This document shows positions 7,430 through 16,225 of a DNA stretch of 17,385 nucleotides, one piece after another. The notes under the pieces were generated by a model, which had not been told where the DNA came from, did no database searches, and worked only from the letters and a program-made list of their open reading frames with translations. Position numbers and translations under genes: made by a program. The stretch is from a bacterium (lineage in GTDB: Bacteria > Zhuqueibacterota > Zhuqueibacteria > Oceanimicrobiales > Oceanimicrobiaceae), in the NCBI GenBank assembly GCA_046757165.1, contig JBHHXT010000099.1, forward strand, positions 1-17,385, in the 5' to 3' direction. Position 1 is the stretch's first letter, and every line of letters begins with the position of its first letter.

Positions 7430-8428
7430 TTAGCCATTCCTTTGTCCGTTTTGGTTCGCTTTGTTTTCCTTTTCAATCGCCCTGAGCCATTCCACCAGCT
7501 TCAAGTTCGGCGCATCCATCAGATTGCGGACGGTAGAGGTCAGCCCTTCTGGGTGCACTTTGCCGTCGCGGTCGAGGACACATAATCTTTCATCTTCGCT
7601 TTCCGGTTGCAACAAGTACTTGACACTTTCCGGCATCGGTGGCTGCAAGAAAAGCAGCATGGCCGCAGGGTGCGCCCGGTCGATATTCCAGAACAGCAAA
7701 GGGGCGCTCAAGGGATCGCCCGCCAACCGTGCTGCCAGATAAAGCCAGAAGGTGATTTCGAAAGCTTCCCGGTCGTCCTGCTGAACCAGAGGAAATCGCA
7801 ACCCGAGGGAAAATTTTTGCACTTTTCGCTGTCTGAGCGGCAAAAGAATTTGCCTCAGGTTCTGATAAACGAGGTACTTGCGTGTATCCTCGAACGACCC
7901 GAACAAGGCGTGCCAGAACTCACAGGTTGTCCTGCTGTTGAGAAAGGTGAGGAATTTGTCCTGGTAGGTCTGAGGCCGTGCAGGGATCTGCTCACCAAGC
8001 TCTTGAAAACGCGTCAATAGCTCCTGGCGCTCACACTCTCTCCAGCCGTCGTTGGCTAATCCGGCTGCTTTCTCCAAGAAGTTCGTGAAGATGATCGGCA
8101 TGAAAATCTGGTGCATGTTGAATTTCTTGTGGTCGACGGTTAGAAAAATGGCAAAGGGATACTCGCGGCCGCCCCGGTCCCGGCTGAAGACAAATGTCCC
8201 GACCAGAAAGCGCCGGTTGCCTTTCAGACGAAGCAAGAAATTGTAAGCAGGTGCTCTCTGATAGCTTAGCTCCCATGCTTCTTTGTTGCCGAGTTCCCCT
8301 GTGTGAATCCCTTGATGTAACCATTGCTCGATGAAACGGACTTCATCCCATTCTGCATTGTGGCGAAGGAATTCCTCATAAATGGGGAGTTTGCCGAAGT
8401 AGCCTAATTCAAAGGTTGCCGTGCTCAA
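7430..8428 (-). CDS. tagF: T6SS-associated protein TagF (DUF2094/ImpM), long form
   Basis: GYFGKLP..EFL and SRDRGGREYPF motifs; lies directly after tssM. Start placed at TTG 8428 (GGAG 8 nt upstream); the ORF track start at 8458 is an alternative. Confidence 0.88.
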   Translation of the reverse strand: MSTATFELGYFGKLPIYEEFLRHNAEWDEVRFIEQWLHQGIHTGELGNKEAWELSYQRAPAYNFLLRLKGNRRFLVGTFVFSRDRGGREYPFAIFLTVDHKKFNMHQIFMPIIFTNFLEKAAGLANDGWRECERQELLTRFQELGEQIPARPQTYQDKFLTFLNSRTTCEFWHALFGSFEDTRKYLVYQNLRQILLPLRQRKVQKFSLGLRFPLVQQDDREAFEITFWLYLAARLAGDPLSAPLLFWNIDRAHPAAMLLFLQPPMPESVKYLLQPESEDERLCVLDRDGKVHPEGLTSTVRNLMDAPNLKLVEWLRAIEKENKANQNGQRNG

Positions 8429-8526
8429 GGTTATGACTCCATCAGGTCTGTGTTCCAATCATTCAAGCCCTGCCCTCTGGGAATCTGTGAAACCGCTGCC
8501 CGCGGTTCGCAGTCAGGCGATAGCTG

Positions 8527-8634
8527 ACCCACCTCTGGCCCCTCCCAGGAGGGGAACTCTCGCCCTGCGGGCGGGAGTGTAGGGCGGTGCCGCAGGTCGC
8601 CCAGGGCCCCTCCTGGGAGGGGTTAAGGGTGGGT
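8527..8634. repeat. REP/MITE-like 28-bp inverted repeat pair with CCCCTCCCAGGAGGGG cores
   Basis: ACCCACCTCTGGCCCCTCCCAGGAGGGG (8527-8554) matches the reverse complement of 8607-8634 at 24/28 positions. An internal hairpin ACTCTCGCCC-tgc-GGGCGGGAGT lies between the arms. Confidence 0.88.
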
Positions 8635-8721
8635 ATTTCGCTATTCTCTTCAATTCATCTTTCTCTTATGGAGACGTCCGTTCAAATCTTTGCCTCAAAG
8701 CAAGCTCGTCCACGCCGTTCG

Positions 8722-11700
8722 CTACAATCCGGACGGGCAGCGAAAAGCGGCAAAGAAGCCCGGCTGAAACACCTCGCGCGAGCTGGTCGGTCGCAGCGAA
8801 AAGCCCACCGGTGCATTGACCCGGGTTCCTGAGAGACGCCATTGAATCAGCAATTGATTTCCCTGCCAGGATCGGGTGGTCGCGTAGTCCAGAAACCGGA
8901 ACAGGGCCCACTCTCCGTCGCAGACCAGCCTCTGAGTGCGCGCCTTGTTGTCCTCTTTGTAAACTCGAAAAATGACCCGCTGCTCGCCATCGCGTCGCGG
9001 CCATTGCAGGGACCACCGGGTCAATGCGCCCGCACAAGCGGTCAGATTGTCACCGTAATACCTGAGGGCGAGACAGTAGCTTTGCGCGGCTTGCGGCAGC
9101 CGGGGCTCCAGCTCGAACGAGACAAACGGCTGCGGCGTGCCGTCCGGGAACAGGGACCGGGTGATCTTGTCCGCCTCCCTGAACACGGCGGTATTGGAAA
9201 CGAGACTGCCGCCATTCCAGGACCTGGGACGCCAGGTCCCGGCATCGATCAGGTCGCTCAGGTGCGCAGTGTAAAACCCCCACAAGATACCGTTGTCAGG
9301 CTTGAAAAAGCTGACGACTTCCGCCAGAAAGGCCTCGCTTCGTGAGTCTGCAAACGGGTATTTGCCTGCAAGTTTCTGGCGATAGAAGGCGTACACCTGG
9401 GTCTGCCAGAGTTGCTTCAGATGGCCTTTCGCCGCGGCCAGCACCACGCGCCAGGTCTTGTCCAGCGGCTGCATCAGCAAGGGCCGAAGTGCTGCCGAAG
9501 AACCGGGGTCGAGGGTGCGCAGGATTTGTTCGGTGGTGTTCCAGGCGCTGGTCAGCTCATCTCCGCTGCGGTTCAAAACGGTTTGTGCGTACAGTTTTGC
9601 TTCGCTGCCCGGGGCATCCGCGTCGGCCAGGGTTTGAACCGCAGCTTGCACTTTGGCCAGCTCGGCGATGTACAGTTGCAGCGGCGACGACTGGCCATCC
9701 GCACCTTCGGGCGTGGCGGTCAACTGATGAACCGCCCTGAACTCGCTCCTGACCGAGGCCAGGGCCACACCATTGTAATTCTGAAAACCAGCAAGCTGTG
9801 TCTGTTCGGCCACCTCGGTGAAGAATTTGACCATCGGGGAATCCTGGCCGGAGAGGACGCCGAGCCCCGTGGCCGCCTCTTTGAGGGTGGAGAAGTCCTG
9901 GATGGTCGCATTCCGGACGATATTTTGCCACGCCTGTTTGTACTGGTTCAGATAGAGCGTGTACACCTGGCTTGTCGTTTGCCGGGCGTTTGCCGGGTCG
10001 ATCTCAACCGCGCCGTTGCCGAGCACACAATCTCCTTGCGGAGAGACGGCGCTCAGATTGGTCAACGCCGGAGCCATGACTTCTTCCCACCCCTGTCTCG
10101 TAAAGACGGGCTGCATGGTGCCGCCTGACCGCAGCGCGTTCTGTCCGCCCGGCAGCGGGTCGTAAGAGAGATCGCGGTTGGCTTGCTCTTGCAACTGGCT
10201 GAAAAGAATTTCCGTCGGCGGCGCCTGTCGCAAGGCAGCGCGGGCGCGAGCGACAAGGTCGTCGCCTGCGCTTGTCCGCACCAGGATATACCGGTCCGGT
10301 TCTGCGCCGAGGTGTCCGAGGTAGTAGGCAAATTGCGTTCGTGCGAGTCCTTTGAGCGTGTCCGGCTGCGACGGAACGAACTCGTCGCTCCATACCTGGG
10401 CCAGCTCTCTGGCCAGCGTGCCCTGCTCGACCTCGCATGCGCCGGTGAGGATCAAATACATCTTCAACGTGCGCAGATACGCTGGCCGGGTCCGGGCTGT
10501 CGGGAGCGTGCGCAACCTCTGTTCGAACAAGCTGTAGAGCGGCGTCAGAATGCTGCGAGTCCATTTCTTGAAATACAACGCTTTTAGCTCGCCTTTGACT
10601 TTGTCTCCGGGGTATGTCACCAGGCGCTGGCGAAACGAAGGCCCCTTTTCCAACCGGAGGACCTGGCGGCGCAGGGTTTCCAGGTAGAACAGGTCGTTCG
10701 GCTCGAACCGGTTTGTGACTTCTCGTTCCACGGTCCTGGTGGTTCGGGCAACATCTTTCAACAGCCTGTCGTTGGCGCGAAAACCGCTGGCCATGCCCAG
10801 CAAGAGCGCCAGGAAGACCAAAACAGCCGCCGCCGACATGCCCAGACGCAGCAGCCAACTGCGTTTCTCGCCCAGGGACGAGGTGCTGACCAGCCCTTGA
10901 TCCGGGAAAATGACTTTATCCAGTAAACTCTTGATAAAGTAGCTCTTGGTTTCCGCCGGCTGTTCATGAAAGACTTTTGCTGTGAATCCAAGCTCGGTGG
11001 CCAAATTGCTGACGACCCGGTCGATCGGATTGCCGACCTGGGTGCCGCTGGTGAAGTAGAAGCCCCGGAAGACCGGATTGTCGAGGTAGCGGTTGTATTC
11101 AAACAGCTTCTCGATGAAAAGAGACAATTTCTTGCGGGCGGCATAGAACTCGAGCGGGAACAGGTAGATCTTGCGCTTTCTCTCCGTCTTTCTTTCTGCT
11201 GCCAGCTGTGCCATGCGACGGAGTGAGAGGTGACGATAGAGGTGCTTCAACTCGAGTTTGAAAATCTCCTGTGGCTTGCGGTTTTGCCACTGGGATTTCG
11301 GCAGCGTGTACCCCCACACCTGGTTGCGGTCGGCTTTCTCCATATCTTCGAAGAATTCCACAAAGCCGGTGAGAAGGTCGCATTTTGTGAACACCAGGTA
11401 GATTGGGAACTCGATCTCCAGCGTCTTGATCAGCTCATCGATGCGCGCTCGGATGTTCTTGGCGTGCCGCTCGATCTGCGTGGCATCGGAGGTCAGGATG
11501 CCGAAGAACTTGTCGTCTTGCTCAGCGATGCTCACGGCCACGATGACGCCGTTGATCGGCATTTTCCGGCGGTGCTTCTTCAGGTGGTTGAGAAATTCTT
11601 GCCACTCCTGGCGGTCCTCTGCTTGCGCCATGGGCATGACATAGCGGCCGGCGGTGTCCAGGAGAATGCCGTCGGTGGTGAACCAGAAGTCGCAGTTCTT

Positions 11701-12195
11701 CGTGCCACCCAGCCCGCGCACTTTGTGGTCCTTGGACTCCGGGTCGACATAAGGAAACTCCAGCTCTGAATAGCGCAAGGCTGTGCTCTTGCCGCTGCCT
11801 GGCGGGCCGATGATCATGTACCAGGGCAGGGTGTACAGCGCGGCGCTGCCTTTGCCTTTGCCCAGCCTGGACTCTTTCAAGGCGGAGATAGCCTTGTCGA
11901 GTTTGGTCTTGAGCGCCTCGATGTCGTCCCGTTTGTCCGGCCGCGTGCTGTAAATCTGGTCCTCTGCTTGCTGCGACAGCGAAGCCTCCAGCTCAGCCGA
12001 TTTCTTGCCATCCCGCCTCTGCTTGACCAAAAAGTAGACATTCCAGATGACCGCAATCGTCAGCAGGATCAGCAGAATCTCTTTGAACCCGAGTCCGGCG
12101 ATGGCACAGATCAGCACCAGCAGGGCCAAAACGGTCATCGCGAGGCTGGTGAGCAGGAACTGTGGATTTCTCAACAATGCGATGAATTTGCTCAT
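8722..12195 (-). CDS. tssM: T6SS membrane complex subunit TssM (IcmF)
   Basis: 1157 aa with two N-terminal TM segments, LYTLPWYMIIGPPGSGKST (Walker A), LLDTAGRY, PINGVIV, FTKCDLLTGFVEFF, FRGFYFTSGTQ, a third TM segment, then KYPF and GEWALFRFL at the C-terminus. Confidence 0.97.
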   Translation of the reverse strand: MSKFIALLRNPQFLLTSLAMTVLALLVLICAIAGLGFKEILLILLTIAVIWNVYFLVKQRRDGKKSAELEASLSQQAEDQIYSTRPDKRDDIEALKTKLDKAISALKESRLGKGKGSAALYTLPWYMIIGPPGSGKSTALRYSELEFPYVDPESKDHKVRGLGGTKNCDFWFTTDGILLDTAGRYVMPMAQAEDRQEWQEFLNHLKKHRRKMPINGVIVAVSIAEQDDKFFGILTSDATQIERHAKNIRARIDELIKTLEIEFPIYLVFTKCDLLTGFVEFFEDMEKADRNQVWGYTLPKSQWQNRKPQEIFKLELKHLYRHLSLRRMAQLAAERKTERKRKIYLFPLEFYAARKKLSLFIEKLFEYNRYLDNPVFRGFYFTSGTQVGNPIDRVVSNLATELGFTAKVFHEQPAETKSYFIKSLLDKVIFPDQGLVSTSSLGEKRSWLLRLGMSAAAVLVFLALLLGMASGFRANDRLLKDVARTTRTVEREVTNRFEPNDLFYLETLRRQVLRLEKGPSFRQRLVTYPGDKVKGELKALYFKKWTRSILTPLYSLFEQRLRTLPTARTRPAYLRTLKMYLILTGACEVEQGTLARELAQVWSDEFVPSQPDTLKGLARTQFAYYLGHLGAEPDRYILVRTSAGDDLVARARAALRQAPPTEILFSQLQEQANRDLSYDPLPGGQNALRSGGTMQPVFTRQGWEEVMAPALTNLSAVSPQGDCVLGNGAVEIDPANARQTTSQVYTLYLNQYKQAWQNIVRNATIQDFSTLKEAATGLGVLSGQDSPMVKFFTEVAEQTQLAGFQNYNGVALASVRSEFRAVHQLTATPEGADGQSSPLQLYIAELAKVQAAVQTLADADAPGSEAKLYAQTVLNRSGDELTSAWNTTEQILRTLDPGSSAALRPLLMQPLDKTWRVVLAAAKGHLKQLWQTQVYAFYRQKLAGKYPFADSRSEAFLAEVVSFFKPDNGILWGFYTAHLSDLIDAGTWRPRSWNGGSLVSNTAVFREADKITRSLFPDGTPQPFVSFELEPRLPQAAQSYCLALRYYGDNLTACAGALTRWSLQWPRRDGEQRVIFRVYKEDNKARTQRLVCDGEWALFRFLDYATTRSWQGNQLLIQWRLSGTRVNAPVGFSLRPTSSREVFQPGFFAAFRCPSGL

Positions 12196-12203
12196 GTCAC
12201 AGG

Positions 12204-12875
12204 TTATTTTAACACGTGCTGATGGATCTGCCTTTTGACAGCGTCCGCAAACTTGTCGATTTTGCCCGAGGCCACGAAGAAGAGCACAACGGCGACCACC
12301 AGGCAGGTGAGCAGCACCGCCGCAACCGGGATGGTGCGCTGCCGCGCCACGCGGATAATTTCCGGTGTTCGTTGCCAGCGAGGGGAGAGAATTCTGGCTC
12401 TGCGATTCTTTGACACCCCTAGATCGCTGGCAAGCGCATCGACAATTTCTTTCAACTTCTCTCGGCCGAGCAGCTTGTACTTCCCTTCAAAGCCGAGCAC
12501 GAGGCACAGGTAAAAAACTTCGAGCTGGGCTGCGTTGGCACTGGCGTCCCGCTGCAGCTCCGCCAGTTTCTTGAAAAAATCCTCTCCCGCATTGGTGGTG
12601 CCGTACTTTTCGAACTGCAGCTTCTTCGCCAGCCAGACGCTCTTGTGCTGCCAGGCGGCTGTTGCGATGATTTCGTCAATGAATGCGGTCATGGCATAAT
12701 CTGCGTCTCTGACTGCTTCGCTCTGCAAGCCGAGCTCCTCGCCCTTTTGTTTGAGCGTGTCGAACAGACCGTGGACCTTGCTGCGCAACCGTTCCGGATC
12801 GCCGAACTCGTCGCTGGCTTTGAGCTGAACGATCAGCGAAAACAGGTTCGTGCAGAGTTCAGATAGTTTTGTCAT
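12204..12875 (-). CDS. tssL: T6SS membrane protein TssL (DotU), no OmpA-like domain
   Basis: YAMTAFIDE, W....LQ, NAGEDFF and LEVFYLCLVLGFEGKY motifs, with a C-terminal TM helix; 223 aa. Confidence 0.95.
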   Translation of the reverse strand: MTKLSELCTNLFSLIVQLKASDEFGDPERLRSKVHGLFDTLKQKGEELGLQSEAVRDADYAMTAFIDEIIATAAWQHKSVWLAKKLQFEKYGTTNAGEDFFKKLAELQRDASANAAQLEVFYLCLVLGFEGKYKLLGREKLKEIVDALASDLGVSKNRRARILSPRWQRTPEIIRVARQRTIPVAAVLLTCLVVAVVLFFVASGKIDKFADAVKRQIHQHVLK

Positions 12876-12914
12876 TTCTTTAAGTTTGCTCGTTTAATCC
12901 GCTGCTGGCCGGGC

Positions 12915-12947
12915 AACCTTGCGAAGGTTTCGAACCTTCGCAAGGTT
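12915..12947. repeat. REP doublet: perfect 15-bp inverted repeat of self-palindromic units
   Basis: AACCTTGCGAAGGTT-tcg-AACCTTCGCAAGGTT; each arm is itself AACCTT-N3-AAGGTT. Confidence 0.88.
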
Positions 12948-12969
12948 TGGATGGCATGGCCAGGGGTCG

Positions 12970-14328
12970 TCACGCCCGGACGGCCATCAACCGAATCTTC
13001 ACGTTTGGAAATTCGTCCGGCAGGTAGATTGCGATCGTTTTCCTGCCTTTTACCCGGTCCCACAGGTCGCCAAATGTTTCCAGGCGAAAATATTGAAACC
13101 CCATCCGTATCGGAAGCGGATCCGGCGGCCTCGGCTCATGATTGATGGCGACGCCACGCAATGCCATGCTGATCAATTCGCGAATATCTTCCCCGGATCC
13201 GATCTTGACATTTTGCTCGACCTCGGTCACCAGTGTCCCCTCTGGAATGTCGGCGCTGACCGCCAGGTAGAAATGAGCGGATTCCAGCAACCGGTCATCG
13301 AGGATGTTGCCTGCCCGCACGCCATCGGGCGTCAGCTCGAGCGGAATCTCCACGTAGTTGGTCGGGTCTACCTTGCCGAGCAGAATCTGGATCTTTTCGT
13401 AGAGCTGCTCAAAGGTAAAGCTCAAATTGTCGTGATAGTACGCGGGCAGCTCGCTGGCGCGTTCCTCGATGGAAAAGGTGGTCAGGGCCCCTGCCAGTTG
13501 CACGAACGTAAAGTACAGATGCTCCGGATGAATGCGGTCCGATTTGTCGAAATGTGCGAACCAGGGCAAAAAGGAATTGACCGTGAAGAGCCGCCAGAAT
13601 GTCATCACGTCGGTGGTACCAAAATCGACGATGTCTTGGCTTTTTTGCCGGGCTTTCTCTGACAGCGACTGGCTTTTGTCCGCCAGGTTGTTGTAGAGAT
13701 TCTTGACCATGGAGGTTAGATGCGGACTGGCGGCGATGGTCAGACAAGGGGGGATGTAGGTCGCATTCAGTTTGAAGGCATTGTCCGCGATGCGCTCCAG
13801 CTCCGCCACCTTGATCGACCGGTGATTTTTCTTCGCCTCTTCCTCCCCCGAAAAAAGAATCTTCAGGTTGGTTTGTGCCAGCAGCACTTCACGCGGGCTG
13901 TCGCCGGTATTCTCGTCTGTCACCGGCACCACTTGCGCCAGAAAACGGGTGTGGCCGTCGCGCTGGCCGCTGTCTATGTTGCAATTTCTGCCGCCGGCAT
14001 GCTCGATCGGGACGGCGAGATGAACGTCCACCGTTCCGCCTGGCGTGACGAATTTATCTTCTATGGGCCGGCTGGCTGGCGGTTGGTCCGGATCCACGAA
14101 GTTGAACGAGAGACCATCTGACAGGATTCCCGTACCCTGCTGAATCAGGCAAATCCCGTTTTTGAGCGACTCATCATCGATCTTCAGCGTGATCACGCCC
14201 CAACCGTGTGACGAAAGAGAGTTGAACCGAAACTGGACCAGCCCCTGATAATAGCGGTCCCACTGCTGGAAATGGTGCGGGCTGAGAAACATCCCCTCGT
14301 TCCAAATAACTTTGCGGCTAAGAGACAT
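12970..14328 (-). CDS. tssK: T6SS baseplate subunit TssK
   Basis: 452 aa with KVIWNEGMFLSPHHFQQWDRY, YIPPCL, HPEHLY...VQLAGALTTF, YYHDNL, KIGS and ALRGVAI motifs. Confidence 0.97.
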   Translation of the reverse strand: MSLSRKVIWNEGMFLSPHHFQQWDRYYQGLVQFRFNSLSSHGWGVITLKIDDESLKNGICLIQQGTGILSDGLSFNFVDPDQPPASRPIEDKFVTPGGTVDVHLAVPIEHAGGRNCNIDSGQRDGHTRFLAQVVPVTDENTGDSPREVLLAQTNLKILFSGEEEAKKNHRSIKVAELERIADNAFKLNATYIPPCLTIAASPHLTSMVKNLYNNLADKSQSLSEKARQKSQDIVDFGTTDVMTFWRLFTVNSFLPWFAHFDKSDRIHPEHLYFTFVQLAGALTTFSIEERASELPAYYHDNLSFTFEQLYEKIQILLGKVDPTNYVEIPLELTPDGVRAGNILDDRLLESAHFYLAVSADIPEGTLVTEVEQNVKIGSGEDIRELISMALRGVAINHEPRPPDPLPIRMGFQYFRLETFGDLWDRVKGRKTIAIYLPDEFPNVKIRLMAVRA

Positions 14329-14392
14329 GGTTTTAGGCTCCGTTGCTCTGTTTTATGTTCTTACCCCCCATCTTTTGCAAAAAGTGCAAGAA

Positions 14393-14521
14393 AATGGAAC
14401 ACGGATAAGACGGATTTAGCGGATCGGAACGGATTGCATCGTGTGGCTCATGAATTTTTTGATTTTCACCCAAAATCATATCCGTGTAAATCCGTCCGAT
14501 CCGCTAAATCCGCGTTCCATT
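14393..14521. repeat. Inverted pair of 42-bp arms built from 9-10-bp-period CGGAT units
   Basis: AATGGAAC ACGGAT aag ACGGAT tta GCGGAT cgga ACGGAT (14393-14434) mirrors ATCCGT gtaa ATCCGT ccg ATCCGC taa ATCCGC GTTCCATT (14480-14521). Confidence 0.88.
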
Positions 14522-14527
14522 GTTGAA

Positions 14528-15763
14528 TCAGTGCGATTGCCGGTGAAACTCGTGGTACTTTTCCACGAAAATATCCTCAACTTCCTTCAACCAACTGTGC
14601 AAGCCGATGTCTTTCTCTTTGGCATAAGTCTGCTGAAAGACGCGCCAACACACCACCGGCAGAAACAAGTTGAATACCGCCGGCAGTTCATCTTTGGCCT
14701 GCCGGTTGATGACCTCTGGGTCCATTCTGGCGATGAGCTGTTCAAACCCTTCTTTCATGACATCCCGGAAGGCGGTCAAGCTGGCAAGCTGATGGATTTC
14801 CAGGTCTTGAATCGCGTGCTCGAGGTTGGCCCGGGCCTGCTTTGCCTTTTCCCCGTCTTGCCAGTCGAGAACATAGCGTGCCAGCTCTTTTGCTGTCTTT
14901 TGCGCTTTGACCGGATTGGGATCGCTGCCAAGCCATTTGGTGACACCGGCATCCAGGTCATCTGTGAACTGCCGGCGTCCCTTCAAGAGCTGGACCACTC
15001 CTTTGACGAGAATCTCAAAGGAAATCCGCAGTTGTTCACCAAAGTCGGCGACATCCCGGGAACGAAATGAAGGGGGTGAGGCAAAGAAATAGTACTTGAG
15101 CCCGGTCAGGGTTTCATAGGCGCTTTCAAACGCTTCTTTCTGACAAACCGGATCGATCAGCTCGGTGTCGTACCAACCATCCTGCAGCATCAGGTCCGCC
15201 CACACCGGTTTGTTGTTTTTGATCTGAGCTCGAAGGAGAACAAGAAGCTCGAGGGCATCATATCCGGTGAGCTGACGCACCTCTCTGCTCAATTCACTTC
15301 TGAAAAGCTCTTGCAAGGCGCTCTGGTCGTACTGAGCGTAAGTTTGATACACGCTGTGCAGCGATGCATAGACACGTTCTGCTATTTGCCTCAGATCTGT
15401 TCGGTGCACCGGCTTGGTGGCTTCCTCAGCCAGCTCGTGTTCGGTAAACGTCAGCACGTAAGTCCCGATCCTGATTTCGCTGTTATTGATGAGTTTGTAC
15501 CACTTTCCTCGCTTCAGTGGCTGGTTTTCCAGCCAGGTTCCGTTCTCGCTCAAATCCGTAATCTTGTAAGCTCCGTCGCGCCGTTCGATGCGTGCGTGCA
15601 CCCTCGAGAGCATCCTTTGCTCGTCAGGCAAGTGCAAGTGGTGGGCCTCCTCATCGGTCGCGTCCTGCGCCTGGCGACCGATGGTCACCACCGCGTGGTC
15701 GGACGGAAACTCAAAAGGCTCAACCTGATTTTCTCCGGAACGGACCGTTAGCTTTAACGGCAT
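14528..15763 (-). CDS. tagH: T6SS-associated FHA domain protein TagH/Fha
   Basis: N-terminal FHA motifs TIGR, LSRVHARI and DLSENGTWL. C-terminal TagH-like NPVK and DLEIHQLA..RMDPE. First gene of the operon. Confidence 0.85.
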   Translation of the reverse strand: MPLKLTVRSGENQVEPFEFPSDHAVVTIGRQAQDATDEEAHHLHLPDEQRMLSRVHARIERRDGAYKITDLSENGTWLENQPLKRGKWYKLINNSEIRIGTYVLTFTEHELAEEATKPVHRTDLRQIAERVYASLHSVYQTYAQYDQSALQELFRSELSREVRQLTGYDALELLVLLRAQIKNNKPVWADLMLQDGWYDTELIDPVCQKEAFESAYETLTGLKYYFFASPPSFRSRDVADFGEQLRISFEILVKGVVQLLKGRRQFTDDLDAGVTKWLGSDPNPVKAQKTAKELARYVLDWQDGEKAKQARANLEHAIQDLEIHQLASLTAFRDVMKEGFEQLIARMDPEVINRQAKDELPAVFNLFLPVVCWRVFQQTYAKEKDIGLHSWLKEVEDIFVEKYHEFHRQSH

Positions 15764-16095
15764 CAGACCCGTGGCCCCTTTCTGAGATTAACAACTAGGT
15801 TGGTTCAATAGCCTAGGATTGACTCGAGAGCAAATTACTCTCACCTCTCCGCACATTGCTGCTTATTTTTGCATGAAAACGAAGATTAAGACCTGGAATC
15901 GCTGACATCAGCCAGTTTATACTAAGTGTCAAGTGTTAGGTTGTGGGAGGAAACTCGACAGAGTCGACGACAAATCCTTGATGTCAACACAAATGTTGGT
16001 TTCGGCGTCTCAAGGAAAAAATTAGAGAAAAATTCGGCTCACCCAGTCAAAGTCGGCATGAAAATGAAGAAACCAGCACACGAAAGATTTCCTCC

Positions 16096-16123
16096 TTGAC
16101 ACAAGGATGAAGATTCCTTTAAT
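16096..16123 (+). promoter_or_regulatory. Candidate sigma70 promoter for the LytTR regulator
   Basis: TTGACA (16096-16101), 16-nt spacer, TTTAAT (16118-16123), about 100 nt upstream of the ATG. Confidence 0.55.
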
Positions 16124-16225
16124 TGTTAAACTTATTAAACCAATAGCTCAAAGTCAAGCGATTTCGGTCATTCCTGGAGAGAGCCATATTCTTTCATTAC
16201 CGACTAATTGTTACGCTTGAGTAAC

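Noticed and set aside
7429..7476. Longer tagJ start at 7476
   Set aside because: It overlaps the tagF 3' end, and family similarity begins at MDEARE.
10004..10858. 284-aa alternative-frame ORF and other long shadow ORFs
   Set aside because: They lie within well-supported T6SS genes, have R/P/A-rich composition typical of GC-rich off-frames, and show no motifs.
14374..14390. Sigma54 promoter upstream of tssK
   Set aside because: TGCAA-AAA-GTGCAA has the wrong spacing and lacks the GG of the -24 element.
15912..15941. Canonical LytTR direct-repeat binding site
   Set aside because: Only one reasonable half-site (CCAGTTTAT) is present; the second is poor and off-spacing.
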